In this document: positions 1 to 8,441 of the stretch, piece by piece
Position numbering within the stretch: the first letter of the stretch is position 1
Layout of the letters: every line of letters starts with the position of its first letter
Source: Elusimicrobiota bacterium
GTDB lineage: Bacteria; Elusimicrobiota; Elusimicrobia; UBA1565; UBA9628
Reading direction: 5' to 3'
NCBI GenBank assembly: GCA_016204945.1
Contig: JACQJQ010000097.1
Span: 1 to 46,517, forward strand
Length of the DNA stretch: 46,517 bases
Translations under genes and position numbers: made by a program
The notes under the pieces: model-generated
Database searches by the model: none
What the model was told of the DNA's origin: nothing
What the model saw: the letters and a program-made list of their open reading frames with translations, nothing else

Positions 1-1334
1 TCGGCGTCGGCGGCTTCTGCCTCTACCGCGGGGCTCCGAGGACCGTCGCCGCGTTGACGTCCCGTTTGCGCCGCCTGGCCAAGCGGCCGCTCTTGATATG
101 CGCGGACTACGAAGAAGGCGCTTGGGGGCATGTTTCCGGGTCCACGCCCCTGCCGACCAGCCTCGGCGTCGGCGCGTCCGGCTCCGCGGCGATCGCGCGC
201 GAAAAAGGCCGGATCACGGCGCGCGAGGCGCGCGCGATGGGCGTCGATTGGGTGCTGGCTCCCGTGCTCGATCTTCTCAGCGAGCCGAAAAATCCGATCG
301 TGAACCTCCGCTCTTTTTCCGCCGATCCGAAAGAAGCCGCCCGCCTCGCGCGGGCCTACCTATCGGGCCTGCGCGCGGGCGGCGCGCTCGGCTGCCTAAA
401 GCACTTTCCCGGCCACGGCTCCACGACCCAGGATTCGCATCTGGATCTTCCGATCGTGAACGCGCCGCTGAAGCTGCTGATGAGGCGGGAACTGGCGCCC
501 TTTAAAGCCCTGGCGCGCCGCGCCGACGCCGTCATGCTCGGCCACTTGGTCGTTCCGGCGCTCGATTCCTCGAAACTGCCCTTTACGTTGTCTCCGGCCG
601 GTCCGAGGCTGCTGCGGCGCTGGGGTTTTCGCGGACTGATCGTCACCGACGCGCTCGACATGGGCGCCATCGCCAAGCATTGGGGGCAGAGGGAGGCGGC
701 GCTGCGGGCGCTTCGCGCGGGCGCCGACATCCTGCTCGCGCCCCAGGACGCCGCCGGGCTGATCGCCGAACTGCGCGTCGAAGCCGGGCGCGACGCGGCT
801 TTCGCGCGGCGCTGCGCCGAGGCGCGGCGCCGCCTGGACGCGGCTTTGCGCCGCGCGCGCTCCCCGCGGCCGGGCTTGTCCGTCGTGGGCGGCGCCGCGC
901 ACGGGCGTGCGGCCGCCCCTCTGTTCGCCGCCTGCGCGCGGTGGACGCGGCGTCCTTCATGGCCCGCTCCGAAGCGCGTCGCGTACTTCGAGCCGCAGGG
1001 CGGCCCCCTCGCGGGCGCCGCCTTCGTCGCCGCCCTGAGGCGCGTCGGGGTCCGCGTCCGCATCGCGCGCGGCGGCGGGACCAGGAAGGGGGAGACCTTG
1101 GCGGCGGGAATATTCCTCGGGCCGCGCGCGTACTCCGGCCGCATCCGCCTCGACGGCGCGTCCAGCGCGCGCCTCGCCGCGGCGCTTTCGGCCGCGCCGG
1201 GCTCCGTGGCCGTCAGCTTCGGCAGCCCCTTCGTTTTAGCGGGCCTTCCCGCGAAAACCGCCGGACTTTGCGTCTACTCGCGCGCCGCCGGGGCTCAAGC
1301 CGCCGCCGCGCGCATCCTGGGAGAAAAGAAATGA
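1..1334 (+). CDS. nagZ: Glycoside hydrolase family 3 beta-N-acetylhexosaminidase (NagZ-like), 5' end outside the window
   Basis: The frame is open from nt 3 (GVGGFCLYRGAPRTVAALTSRL... precedes the ORF-track TTG at 54). GH3 hallmarks are present: ICADYEEG, KHFPGHG, IVTDALDMGAI. Stop at 1332-1334. Confidence 0.85.
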   Translation, partial: GVGGFCLYRGAPRTVAALTSRLRRLAKRPLLICADYEEGAWGHVSGSTPLPTSLGVGASGSAAIAREKGRITAREARAMGVDWVLAPVLDLLSEPKNPIVNLRSFSADPKEAARLARAYLSGLRAGGALGCLKHFPGHGSTTQDSHLDLPIVNAPLKLLMRRELAPFKALARRADAVMLGHLVVPALDSSKLPFTLSPAGPRLLRRWGFRGLIVTDALDMGAIAKHWGQREAALRALRAGADILLAPQDAAGLIAELRVEAGRDAAFARRCAEARRRLDAALRRARSPRPGLSVVGGAAHGRAAAPLFAACARWTRRPSWPAPKRVAYFEPQGGPLAGAAFVAALRRVGVRVRIARGGGTRKGETLAAGIFLGPRAYSGRIRLDGASSARLAAALSAAPGSVAVSFGSPFVLAGLPAKTAGLCVYSRAAGAQAAAARILGEKK

Positions 1335-2854
1335 ACGAAGGAGCTTCTTGGTTCGCGGGCGGAACGGCGCTGACCTTGGCGGACTTCACCGTCCTTCTCG
1401 GCACGCTCGGCCTCATGTTCCTCATCGGTTGGTGGGGCGGGCGCGGCGCCAAGGACACGAATGATTTCTTCCTGGGCGGCCGGCGCATTCCCTGGTGGGC
1501 CGCGATGCTCTCCTTCGTCGCCACCGAGATCAGCGCGATGACCATCATCGGCGTGCCGGCGACGACCTTCCGCGAGGACTGGAGCTATATGCAGTTCTTC
1601 ATCGGCTCCTCGGGCGCGCGCATCCTGATCGCGTTCCTGTTCATTCCCGCCTTCTACAAGTACAACAGCACGACGATTTACGAGTACCTGCGCCAGCGCT
1701 TCGGCGCGCGCAGCCAGTACACGGCCACCGGCTTCTTCTTCGTCACGCGCCTGCTCGCCTCGGGCGTGCGCTTGATGGCCGCGAGCGTCGCGGTCAGCGT
1801 CCTGCTCGGCTGGCACATCGCGCCGACGATCCTCCTGTTCACCCTCGTCAGCGTCGCCTACATCGCGTACGGCGGCATCGAGTCGGTGGTTTGGACCAAC
1901 GTCCTGCAGGCCCTGACTTTTCTCGGGGTCGGAATTCTCACGATAGCCTTCCTCATTCACCGCATCGAGGGCGGCCTTCCCGCCGCCATAGGCCTGGCGT
2001 CCGACGCCGGGAAGCTGCGGATATTCAACTGGGGTCCGAACGTGCTGGAGCCCGGATTCCTCGCCAAGTTTTTCGGGAATCCGAACATCATCTGGATCGC
2101 CATCCTCAACGGCTTCATCGGCTCGACGGCCGCGTTCGGCACGGACCATGAGATGACGCAGAAGCTGCTGACCGTCGAGACGCGCCGCGACAGCCAGAAG
2201 ACGATCCTGCTGTCGATCGCGGGCTCGTTCCTGACGCTCTGCGTTTTCGTCGGCGTCGGCTCCCTGCTCTTCGTCTTCTACAAGCAAAACCCGGGCCTGG
2301 CCCTGCCGACCCAGCTCGACAAGATCTACCCGCACTTCGCGGCGACGGTGATGCCGCGCTTCCTGCGCGGCGCGGTGCTGACGGCGATCGTGATGGCCTC
2401 CATCGACTCTCCGCTCGCGTCCTTGACCGCGGTCTTCGTCAACGACCTCTACAAGCCGCTGGCCGCGAAGGCGGCGTCCCAGGAGCATTACATGAAGGTC
2501 TCGCGCGTCTGCGTGGCCCTGTTCGCCGCGGCGCTCGGCGGCATCGCCTACTTCTTCAGCTTCTTCGACAAGATGCTGTGGCTGGCGTTCAAGATCGGCG
2601 GCGTGACCTACGGCTCCCTGCTCGGCGTGTTCCTGCTCGGCATGCTGACCAAGCGCAAGGGCGACAAGGCCGTGGTCGTCGCGATGGGAACGATGGCCGC
2701 CGTCAACGCGGTGCTGCTCGTGCTGTCGGAAAAGGGGATGGTGCCGCTCGGCTGGAGCTGGCTCGTGATCATCGGCACGGCCGGGACGTTTGGATTAGGC
2801 TGGGCGCTCGCTCCGGCCCTCGACGGGGAGGGCCGCGCCGCTTCGGCGGCTTGA
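1331..2854 (+). CDS. Sodium:solute symporter (SSF) family transporter
   Basis: ATG 1331 overlaps the nagZ stop (ATGA) and follows GGGAGAAAAG. The 508-aa multi-TM protein has an SSF-type N-terminus (GGRRIPWWAAMLSFVATEISAMTIIGVPA). The ORF-track start at 680 is an Arg-rich read-through of nagZ and was rejected. Confidence 0.85.
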   Translation: MNEGASWFAGGTALTLADFTVLLGTLGLMFLIGWWGGRGAKDTNDFFLGGRRIPWWAAMLSFVATEISAMTIIGVPATTFREDWSYMQFFIGSSGARILIAFLFIPAFYKYNSTTIYEYLRQRFGARSQYTATGFFFVTRLLASGVRLMAASVAVSVLLGWHIAPTILLFTLVSVAYIAYGGIESVVWTNVLQALTFLGVGILTIAFLIHRIEGGLPAAIGLASDAGKLRIFNWGPNVLEPGFLAKFFGNPNIIWIAILNGFIGSTAAFGTDHEMTQKLLTVETRRDSQKTILLSIAGSFLTLCVFVGVGSLLFVFYKQNPGLALPTQLDKIYPHFAATVMPRFLRGAVLTAIVMASIDSPLASLTAVFVNDLYKPLAAKAASQEHYMKVSRVCVALFAAALGGIAYFFSFFDKMLWLAFKIGGVTYGSLLGVFLLGMLTKRKGDKAVVVAMGTMAAVNAVLLVLSEKGMVPLGWSWLVIIGTAGTFGLGWALAPALDGEGRAASAA

Positions 2855-2872
2855 CGGTTTCCAGAAACAGTT

Positions 2873-4111
2873 CTAGTACAAAAGAACCGAACGGCGCGCG
2901 GCTTCGAAGTCGCGCGGCCCCTTGTCGAACAGGGCCAGGAAGGCCTCGTCGCCGGCGCCCGTCTCCCATAGGAGGCGGAACTCATCCACGCCGACCATGC
3001 GCCTGACCTCGTCCCAACGCCATTCGAATTCCTTGGGATTATGCTCGCGCAGGGCGAGCGCCAGGTGCCGGAACACCGCGAGCGGACGCATCGCGTCGCG
3101 GTCGGTCACGGTGATTTTTACGCCGCGGCATAATTGGCCCGCGAAGACGCTTTTGCTCGGCGTGTAGTCCTGGACCGAGAACTCGACTCCCTCGACGGTC
3201 CCTTTCAGGCGCGAGACGATCTCCGAGGCGTTGAGCCACGGCGCGCCGATCCAGCGAAACGGGATGGGCGTGCCGCGCCCGACGGCGAGGTTCGAGGACT
3301 CGAAAATGCCGATGCCCGGATAGAGGGCGGCGGCCTCGATGTCGGGCATGTTGGGCGAGGGGGGGACCCAGGGCAGGCCGGTCTGGTCGTGCCACAGCGC
3401 GCGCGTCCAGCCGCGCAGCTTGACGACGCTCAGGTGCTGGTGTCCGACGGAGCGGTTGTGCCACAGCGCCATCTCGCCCGCGGTGAGCCCGTGGCGGACG
3501 GGAACCTGGAAGTAGGCGGTCGGGGTGACGAAGCGCAGGCTCGGGTCGGCGAGGATCGGGCCCTCGACGACGTCCCCGCGGATGGGGTTGGGGCGGTCGA
3601 GGACGACGAAGTCCACGCCCGCGGCCTTGGCCTCCTCGAGCGCCATGGCCATCGTGGCGAGGTAGGTGTAGAAGCGCGCCCCGATGTCCTGGATGTCGAA
3701 GACAAGCACATCCAGGCCTTGGAGCTGCTCGGGCGTGGGGCGCATGCCCTTGATGCCGCCCGCGTAGAGGCTGTGCAGCGGAATCTCTTTGCCGCGAACG
3801 CGGGTGAAGCCGGAGGCGATGTTCTCCGATTCGCTGGCGGCGGCGTAGCCGTGCTCCGGCGTGAAGATCGCGGCGAGATCCACGCCGGGCGCCGCGGCGA
3901 TCAGCTCCACGATCGCGCGCCCGCGGCGGTCGACGGCGGTGCTGTTGGCGAGCACGCCCACCCGCTTGCCGCGCAGGGGGCGGAAGCCGTCCGCGACGAG
4001 GACGTCGAGCCCGGACATCGCGCCGGAGAGGGATGAGCGCCGCGCGGCGGGCCCGGCGCAGGCGGCGAGGCCGGCGGCGAACGCGAGAAGAGCGAAGCGG
4101 GCCGTTCTCAA
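2873..4111 (-). CDS. namZ: DUF1343 family protein, exo-beta-N-acetylmuramidase NamZ-like, secreted or lipoprotein
   Basis: TTG start with a signal peptide ending LAACAG. DUF1343 motifs as I recall them: GLDVL, RVGVLANSTAVD, FTPEHGY, FDIQDIGARFYTYLATM, VLDRPNPIRG, VRHGLTAGEMA. Confidence 0.75.
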   Translation of the reverse strand: MRTARFALLAFAAGLAACAGPAARRSSLSGAMSGLDVLVADGFRPLRGKRVGVLANSTAVDRRGRAIVELIAAAPGVDLAAIFTPEHGYAAASESENIASGFTRVRGKEIPLHSLYAGGIKGMRPTPEQLQGLDVLVFDIQDIGARFYTYLATMAMALEEAKAAGVDFVVLDRPNPIRGDVVEGPILADPSLRFVTPTAYFQVPVRHGLTAGEMALWHNRSVGHQHLSVVKLRGWTRALWHDQTGLPWVPPSPNMPDIEAAALYPGIGIFESSNLAVGRGTPIPFRWIGAPWLNASEIVSRLKGTVEGVEFSVQDYTPSKSVFAGQLCRGVKITVTDRDAMRPLAVFRHLALALREHNPKEFEWRWDEVRRMVGVDEFRLLWETGAGDEAFLALFDKGPRDFEAARRSVLLY

Positions 4112-4512
4112 AGGGATTTATCCAGCCGCACCGTCACGCCGCGATCGCCCGGATGGGCCGGCTCCGGCCTGCGGCCCTCGAGGTCCCCCGGCTTCGGGGC
4201 GTCGAGGGTGCCGTGCGCGTTGAGCCGGGCGACGATGGTGAGGTGCTCGTTGCGGCGGATGCCGGGCACGAGCAGGTCCTGCGGGGACATCGCGAACGCG
4301 GCGGGAAACTCGGGATTGACGATGCGGTGCACGGCCAGGGGAACGCCGCCGCCGTTCTGCGCGATGACGAAAAGGACCGAGTTGGTCTTCGGCGCCCGGG
4401 CCTCGAGCTGCGGCGCTATCTCGACCTTGCCCGAGAGCCGGAAGTCCCCGGTCAGCCAGTCGCAGCCGCCGGCCAGGGCGGCGAGCAGGGCCAGCGCCGC
4501 GCCGGTTCTCAA
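4108..4512 (-). CDS. Small hypothetical lipoprotein
   Basis: TTG 4512 overlaps the upstream stop (TTGA), and its own stop overlaps the namZ TTG (TTGA). Signal peptide and lipobox LRTGAALALLAALAGGC. The rest of the 401-aa track ORF (4513-5313) is Arg-rich shadow of the DUF1189 gene. Confidence 0.5.
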   Translation of the reverse strand: MRTGAALALLAALAGGCDWLTGDFRLSGKVEIAPQLEARAPKTNSVLFVIAQNGGGVPLAVHRIVNPEFPAAFAMSPQDLLVPGIRRNEHLTIVARLNAHGTLDAPKPGDLEGRRPEPAHPGDRGVTVRLDKSL

Positions 4513-5297
4513 ACGACCGGGGTCGCGGCGGCCGCGTTGGCCTTCACGGCCAGCCAGAGGTAGATCATGGTGGCCGTGATCGAGGCGGCGCCGGAAAAGG
4601 GAATCGAAAACGGCAGAAAGGCCATGGCGATCCGCGCGAGAAGAGCGGCCGTCTGCGCGTGGATCGCGATCTGGTAGAGCGAGCCGAAGGCGAGTGCGCC
4701 GCCGGCGGCCGAGTTCAGCGGCATCGCGAAGAGGGCGTAAAGCAGCCCGGCGAAGGCCGTCCAGGCCGCCGCGAACGCGAACACGGCGAGGATCGCGAGG
4801 GGATAGACGACCGTCTTCAGCGCGCCGGCGGCGTCGCGAAAAAATGCGGCGTCCACGACCATCGGGCGCTCGAGCGCGGCCTTCGACAGGTCGTAAACTT
4901 CGATTTGATCCCGGTGCTTCGCGAGGTACAGCGCGTTGTTGGTCAGGTAGGCGAGCACCTTGGCGTCCCGCATCGCCTGCAAAGTCACCGGCTCCACGCG
5001 CGCCGTGTCGATCATGACGGCGATCTCGGACGCCCGGGGGTGCACCAGCCGCTTCGGGGCGGGCTCGGAGCTCGAGACCTTGCCGGCGGAGAAGGTCAAG
5101 GTCGGCACCTCCGCGCTGAGCCAGACGAAGGTCTCGTCGACGACGGGCCCGACGCGCAGGCGCATCGCGGCGCCGCCTCCGACGGTGAACAGGAGGCTGA
5201 GGAAGAAAAGATAGAGGGCGGTGCGGCCGGGCTTCTCCGCGGCGAAGCGGCGGTAGGCTTGCGTCGAGGCGATCGAGCCGAGCAGGTCCTGGATCAT
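4509..5297 (-). CDS. DUF1189-like integral membrane protein
   Basis: 262 aa. N-terminus YRRFAAEKPGRTALYLFFLSLLF, followed by several C-terminal TM helices. Preceded by TAAACT-N6-ATG. Confidence 0.7.
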   Translation of the reverse strand: MIQDLLGSIASTQAYRRFAAEKPGRTALYLFFLSLLFTVGGGAAMRLRVGPVVDETFVWLSAEVPTLTFSAGKVSSSEPAPKRLVHPRASEIAVMIDTARVEPVTLQAMRDAKVLAYLTNNALYLAKHRDQIEVYDLSKAALERPMVVDAAFFRDAAGALKTVVYPLAILAVFAFAAAWTAFAGLLYALFAMPLNSAAGGALAFGSLYQIAIHAQTAALLARIAMAFLPFSIPFSGAASITATMIYLWLAVKANAAAATPVV

Positions 5298-5303
5298 GCC
5301 GAC

Positions 5304-5309
5304 AGTTTA
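5304..5309 (-). promoter_or_regulatory. -10-like box TAAACT, 6 nt upstream of the DUF1189 ATG (candidate leaderless promoter)
   Basis: The minus strand reads gattgcTAAACTgtcggcATG. This is part of a recurring TAnnnT-N6-start pattern. Confidence 0.4.
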
Positions 5310-5313
5310 GCAA

Positions 5314-6528
5314 TCAGCGGCGGCGAGGCGGAAGCTTTTTGAGAATGAGGTACAGCTCGCCGGAATCCCACACCTTGGCGGCCTCGGTCTTGGCGTCGGG
5401 GCCATGGCCCAGGAACAGGTCCACGCGGCCCGGGCCTTGGATGGCGCCGCCGGTGTCCTGGCACAGGACGAAGCGCCCGGATTCGGCCTTGCCGAGCAGC
5501 CGTCCTTGCGCGTCCGCTTGCGGCAAGGGCAGCCGCGCGTAGGCCGGGACGCCCAGGGGGATGGACTTGGGATCGACGGCGATGGAGCGGCCTGGAGTCA
5601 GCGCCCGCTCGATGGTGCCGAAGGGCATGCCGTCTTCCGGCGCCTCCGACACGTCGAAGAACACGTAGCGGGGGTTTTGGCTAAGCAGCCAGCCCTCCCC
5701 TTCCGGGTGCTCGATGAGGTACTGCTTGATCGCCGCCTTCGTGGCCTCCTCGCGCGTCATGGCGCCGGAGCCGACCAAGGCCATGCCGGCGCTCTTATAC
5801 GGCGCCCCGTTGTTGGCGGCGTACTTGGCGATCATGAAGCGCCCGTCCGGAAACCGGAGTAAGCCGCTCCCTTGTATGTGGAGATCGAGCCGGTCGAAGC
5901 CGTTGTCGAGCCAGGCGGCCTCCAAGCCGCGGCCCTCGAGCTGCTTGCGCACGTCGATGTCGCGGCGATTGAAGTAAGGAACGAGCCGGCCCCCCGCGTC
6001 CAGGCGCGCGCTGATGGTCTCCCCGTTGTATTTGGGGTTGAAGGCTCCCAAGTCCACGGTCACGAGGTCGGGGGGGCGGCGGTACAGAGGGTAGGCGAAG
6101 CGTTCGGTGCGCTTGGGACTGGCCGGCAGAATGGGTTGATAATAGGCGGAGAAGAAGGCGCCTCCGCCCTGAGTCGCGCCCATGACGCGGAAAAGTTCGA
6201 AGCCGTCCTTCAAGCCCGTCTCGAGCTCCGCGGGCGTGCCCGCCTTGCGGCGCAGCTCGAGCAGAGCCTCGACGCTTTCGACCAAGCGCCGCGCGCCGAC
6301 CGTGCTCGCGCCGATCAGGAACGTCTTCTCGCCGAGGCCGCGCAGATAGGAGAGATTATGTTCGGAGGCGCGAGCGAGCGAGTCGAGATCGAGGTCGTCC
6401 TGGATCCTCGGCCACTCGTCCGCGGGTAAAGGCCGGATCGCCTGACTCGTTGGAGCGCCGCGGGGAGGGGCGGCGCAGGCGACGAACAGAAGGGCGGCGA
6501 ATAGCGCCGGAAGGAATCGAGAAGGCAT
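5314..6528 (-). CDS. mltA: Membrane-bound lytic murein transglycosylase A (MltA family) lipoprotein
   Basis: MltA-like body (YYQPILPAS, LHIQGSGLLRFPDGR, SIAVDPKSIPLGVPAY, CQDTGGAIQGPGRVDLFLG). Start chosen at ATG 6528 (MPSRFLPALFAALLFVACAA lipobox) because TATCAT sits exactly 6 nt upstream. ATG 6543 is the alternative. The track start at 7077 is a shadow extension. Confidence 0.85.
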   Translation of the reverse strand: MPSRFLPALFAALLFVACAAPPRGAPTSQAIRPLPADEWPRIQDDLDLDSLARASEHNLSYLRGLGEKTFLIGASTVGARRLVESVEALLELRRKAGTPAELETGLKDGFELFRVMGATQGGGAFFSAYYQPILPASPKRTERFAYPLYRRPPDLVTVDLGAFNPKYNGETISARLDAGGRLVPYFNRRDIDVRKQLEGRGLEAAWLDNGFDRLDLHIQGSGLLRFPDGRFMIAKYAANNGAPYKSAGMALVGSGAMTREEATKAAIKQYLIEHPEGEGWLLSQNPRYVFFDVSEAPEDGMPFGTIERALTPGRSIAVDPKSIPLGVPAYARLPLPQADAQGRLLGKAESGRFVLCQDTGGAIQGPGRVDLFLGHGPDAKTEAAKVWDSGELYLILKKLPPRRR

Positions 6529-6534
6529 GCGGAG

Positions 6535-6540
6535 ATGATA
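6535..6540 (-). promoter_or_regulatory. -10-like box TATCAT, 6 nt upstream of the mltA ATG 6528
   Basis: The minus strand reads atgTATCATctccgcATG. Confidence 0.4.
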
Positions 6541-6575
6541 CATGAGTCGCGGGGGGCGGGTCCCGCGCTCCCGTT

Positions 6576-7595
6576 CTAGATTCCGTTCGGCGCCGGGAGG
6601 GGACAGGAGAAGTAGAGCGCGGGATCCGCTCCGGCGGCGCGCAGGGCGCCGAAGATCTTGACCAAGGACGGGCCCCAGGCGGAATTTTCCAGGAATTCGT
6701 CGCGCGTGTTCCCGCCTCCGGCCAAGACACCGACGATCCTGCCCTGTGAGTCGAAGATCGGGCTGCCGCTCATACCCGAGAAGCCGTCGGCGTTCATAAG
6801 GATCAGCGCCCCCGAGGCCACGCCGGGACCGTGGACGCGGTAGGCGTTTTCCCGGCTCACCGGGCTCATCTTCTTCAGCCACCCGCTGGAACGCATGTCG
6901 GCGACGGCTTCTCCGTAGGTGACGTGCTGGGAGGCGCCGAGGGAACCGGGGGCCCGCGGGCGCCGCGCCTCGGCGGGGTAGCCGACGGTCCACAGCGGCT
7001 CGCCCGGAGGAACGGCTCTGACCTCGGCCGGAGCGCAGGGCGCGTTCGTCGCATTTTCCGCCTTCACGATGGCCCAATCGCCGCCGGCCCCCAGCTCGGC
7101 AAGACGCGGGAAGAGCTCCGGACGGCCTTCCAGGCCGCTGAAGTCCAGCAGATCATGGAAGGGCAGGAGGTAGGCGTAGCCCCGGCCGGCGGCCAGCAAG
7201 ACGAGGGGGCTGCCGTCGACGCTTAGGTCCGTGGGGGCGGAGTCGTAGAAGGTCGCGTCCTTGCCGTGATCGGTCAGCCGAAGCGGAGCGGCCGTTTCAT
7301 GCGCGGCCCGCGACATCGCCTCCTCGACGCAATGCGCGTTGGTCAGGATATGGCCTTGTCTGGAGATGTAGCTTCCCGAGCAGTGCATGCCCGATGGCCC
7401 CTGCAATTTGGGCGCGGAACCGAGGCGCGCGAGAACGCCGCCGCGCCGCGGAAGAGTGTCGCGGTCGTAAAACCCCTCCGCGGTCTTGAGAAAACGAAAT
7501 CCGTCGTTGAGCGAGGCGGCGAAGACCGCGTCGGATCCGGCGCGGGCCGGGAGCGCGCAGGCTAGGGTCAGGGCCAGGAAAATCGAGCTTTTCAT
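6576..7595 (-). CDS. Secreted trypsin-like (S1/S1B) serine protease
   Basis: Signal peptide MKSSIFLALTLACALPARAGS. His motif ILTNAHC and Ser motif GMSGSPIF. Start 7595 is preferred over 7664, which lacks a signal-peptide context. Confidence 0.75.
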   Translation of the reverse strand: MKSSIFLALTLACALPARAGSDAVFAASLNDGFRFLKTAEGFYDRDTLPRRGGVLARLGSAPKLQGPSGMHCSGSYISRQGHILTNAHCVEEAMSRAAHETAAPLRLTDHGKDATFYDSAPTDLSVDGSPLVLLAAGRGYAYLLPFHDLLDFSGLEGRPELFPRLAELGAGGDWAIVKAENATNAPCAPAEVRAVPPGEPLWTVGYPAEARRPRAPGSLGASQHVTYGEAVADMRSSGWLKKMSPVSRENAYRVHGPGVASGALILMNADGFSGMSGSPIFDSQGRIVGVLAGGGNTRDEFLENSAWGPSLVKIFGALRAAGADPALYFSCPLPAPNGI

Positions 7596-7673
7596 GGGTA
7601 TAGCATGCCCGGGAAGCCGTCGAAGTGCATGGGCCTTTAGGGCGCTGATTTTTAGGCCCGACATGGGTCCGTT

Positions 7674-8441
7674 TCAGCGCGCGTCGCGGCGCGAGGCGAC
7701 GAGGACGCAGGCGATCATCATGGCGGCCGCGAAGGCCGCCAGCGCCGCGAGGCACGCGTTCATCGAGGGGGCGCCCTCCGCGACGACGGCGGGAAGCAGG
7801 GCGCGCTGCAGGCCGGCGACCGCGTAGGACACCGGGTTGGCCGCGATCACGATTTGCAGAAAGCGCGGCGCCGCGGCGGCGGGAAACAGCGCGCCGGACA
7901 GCATCCACATCGGAATAAGGAAAAGATTCATGACGGCATGGAAGCCCTGCGAGGAGTCGAGCACCCACGCGATGCAGAAGCCGAGGCCCGTCAGGCCGAT
8001 CGAGGCGAGCGTCAAGACGAGCGCGGCCCAGGCGTAGCCGTGCGGGCCGGGATGCAGGCCCGCGGCGCCGGCCAGCAGGAGGAAGGCGAGGCCCTGCGCC
8101 AGCCCCACCGTGGAGGAGCCCAGCACCTTGCCGAGCACGATGGACAGGCGCGAGACCGGGGCGACGAGGACCGACTGCAGGAAGCCCTCGCGGCGGTCCT
8201 CGATGATGGAGATCGTCGCGAAGATCGAGGTGAACAGCACGATGAGCACCAAGGTCCCCGCGTAGAAGAACTGGAGGAAGCTCAGGCCCTCGGGCGCGCC
8301 GGGCACGCGCACGGACGTGCCGAGGCCGGCGCCGATCAGGAGCCAGAACACGATCGGCGGCACGAGGCCGCCGATCACGCGCGGCCTGTCGCGGAAGAAG
8401 CGCACGATGTCGCGTTCCCAAAGAGTCAGCATGGCGCTCAT
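7674..8441 (-). CDS. ABC-2 type transporter permease
   Basis: ATG 8441 overlaps the ATPase stop (ATGA). 255-aa polytopic protein: MLTLWERDIVRFFRDRPRVIGGLV..., six hydrophobic segments. Confidence 0.85.
   Translation of the reverse strand: MSAMLTLWERDIVRFFRDRPRVIGGLVPPIVFWLLIGAGLGTSVRVPGAPEGLSFLQFFYAGTLVLIVLFTSIFATISIIEDRREGFLQSVLVAPVSRLSIVLGKVLGSSTVGLAQGLAFLLLAGAAGLHPGPHGYAWAALVLTLASIGLTGLGFCIAWVLDSSQGFHAVMNLFLIPMWMLSGALFPAAAAPRFLQIVIAANPVSYAVAGLQRALLPAVVAEGAPSMNACLAALAAFAAAMMIACVLVASRRDAR

Noticed and set aside
680-1330. N-terminal extensions suggested by the longest-ORF track: 680 for the symporter, 7077 for mltA, 8849 for the permease, 10046 for PAP2, 11422 for GH10, 20892 for hemolysin III, 34911 for the acyltransferase, 40648 for the PorV-like gene, 41025 for the GIY-YIG ORF.
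   Set aside because: The extensions are low-complexity Arg-rich sequence overlapping the real upstream gene. Internal starts give proper signal peptides or family N-termini, and they coincide with ATGA/GTGA/TTGA coupling or with -10-N6 promoters.
7631-7660. A hairpin-like sequence between the ABC permease and the S1 protease gene, as a possible terminator.
   Set aside because: Only about 6 bp (GGGCCT/AGGCCC) can pair across a 17-nt loop, and there is no U-tract.
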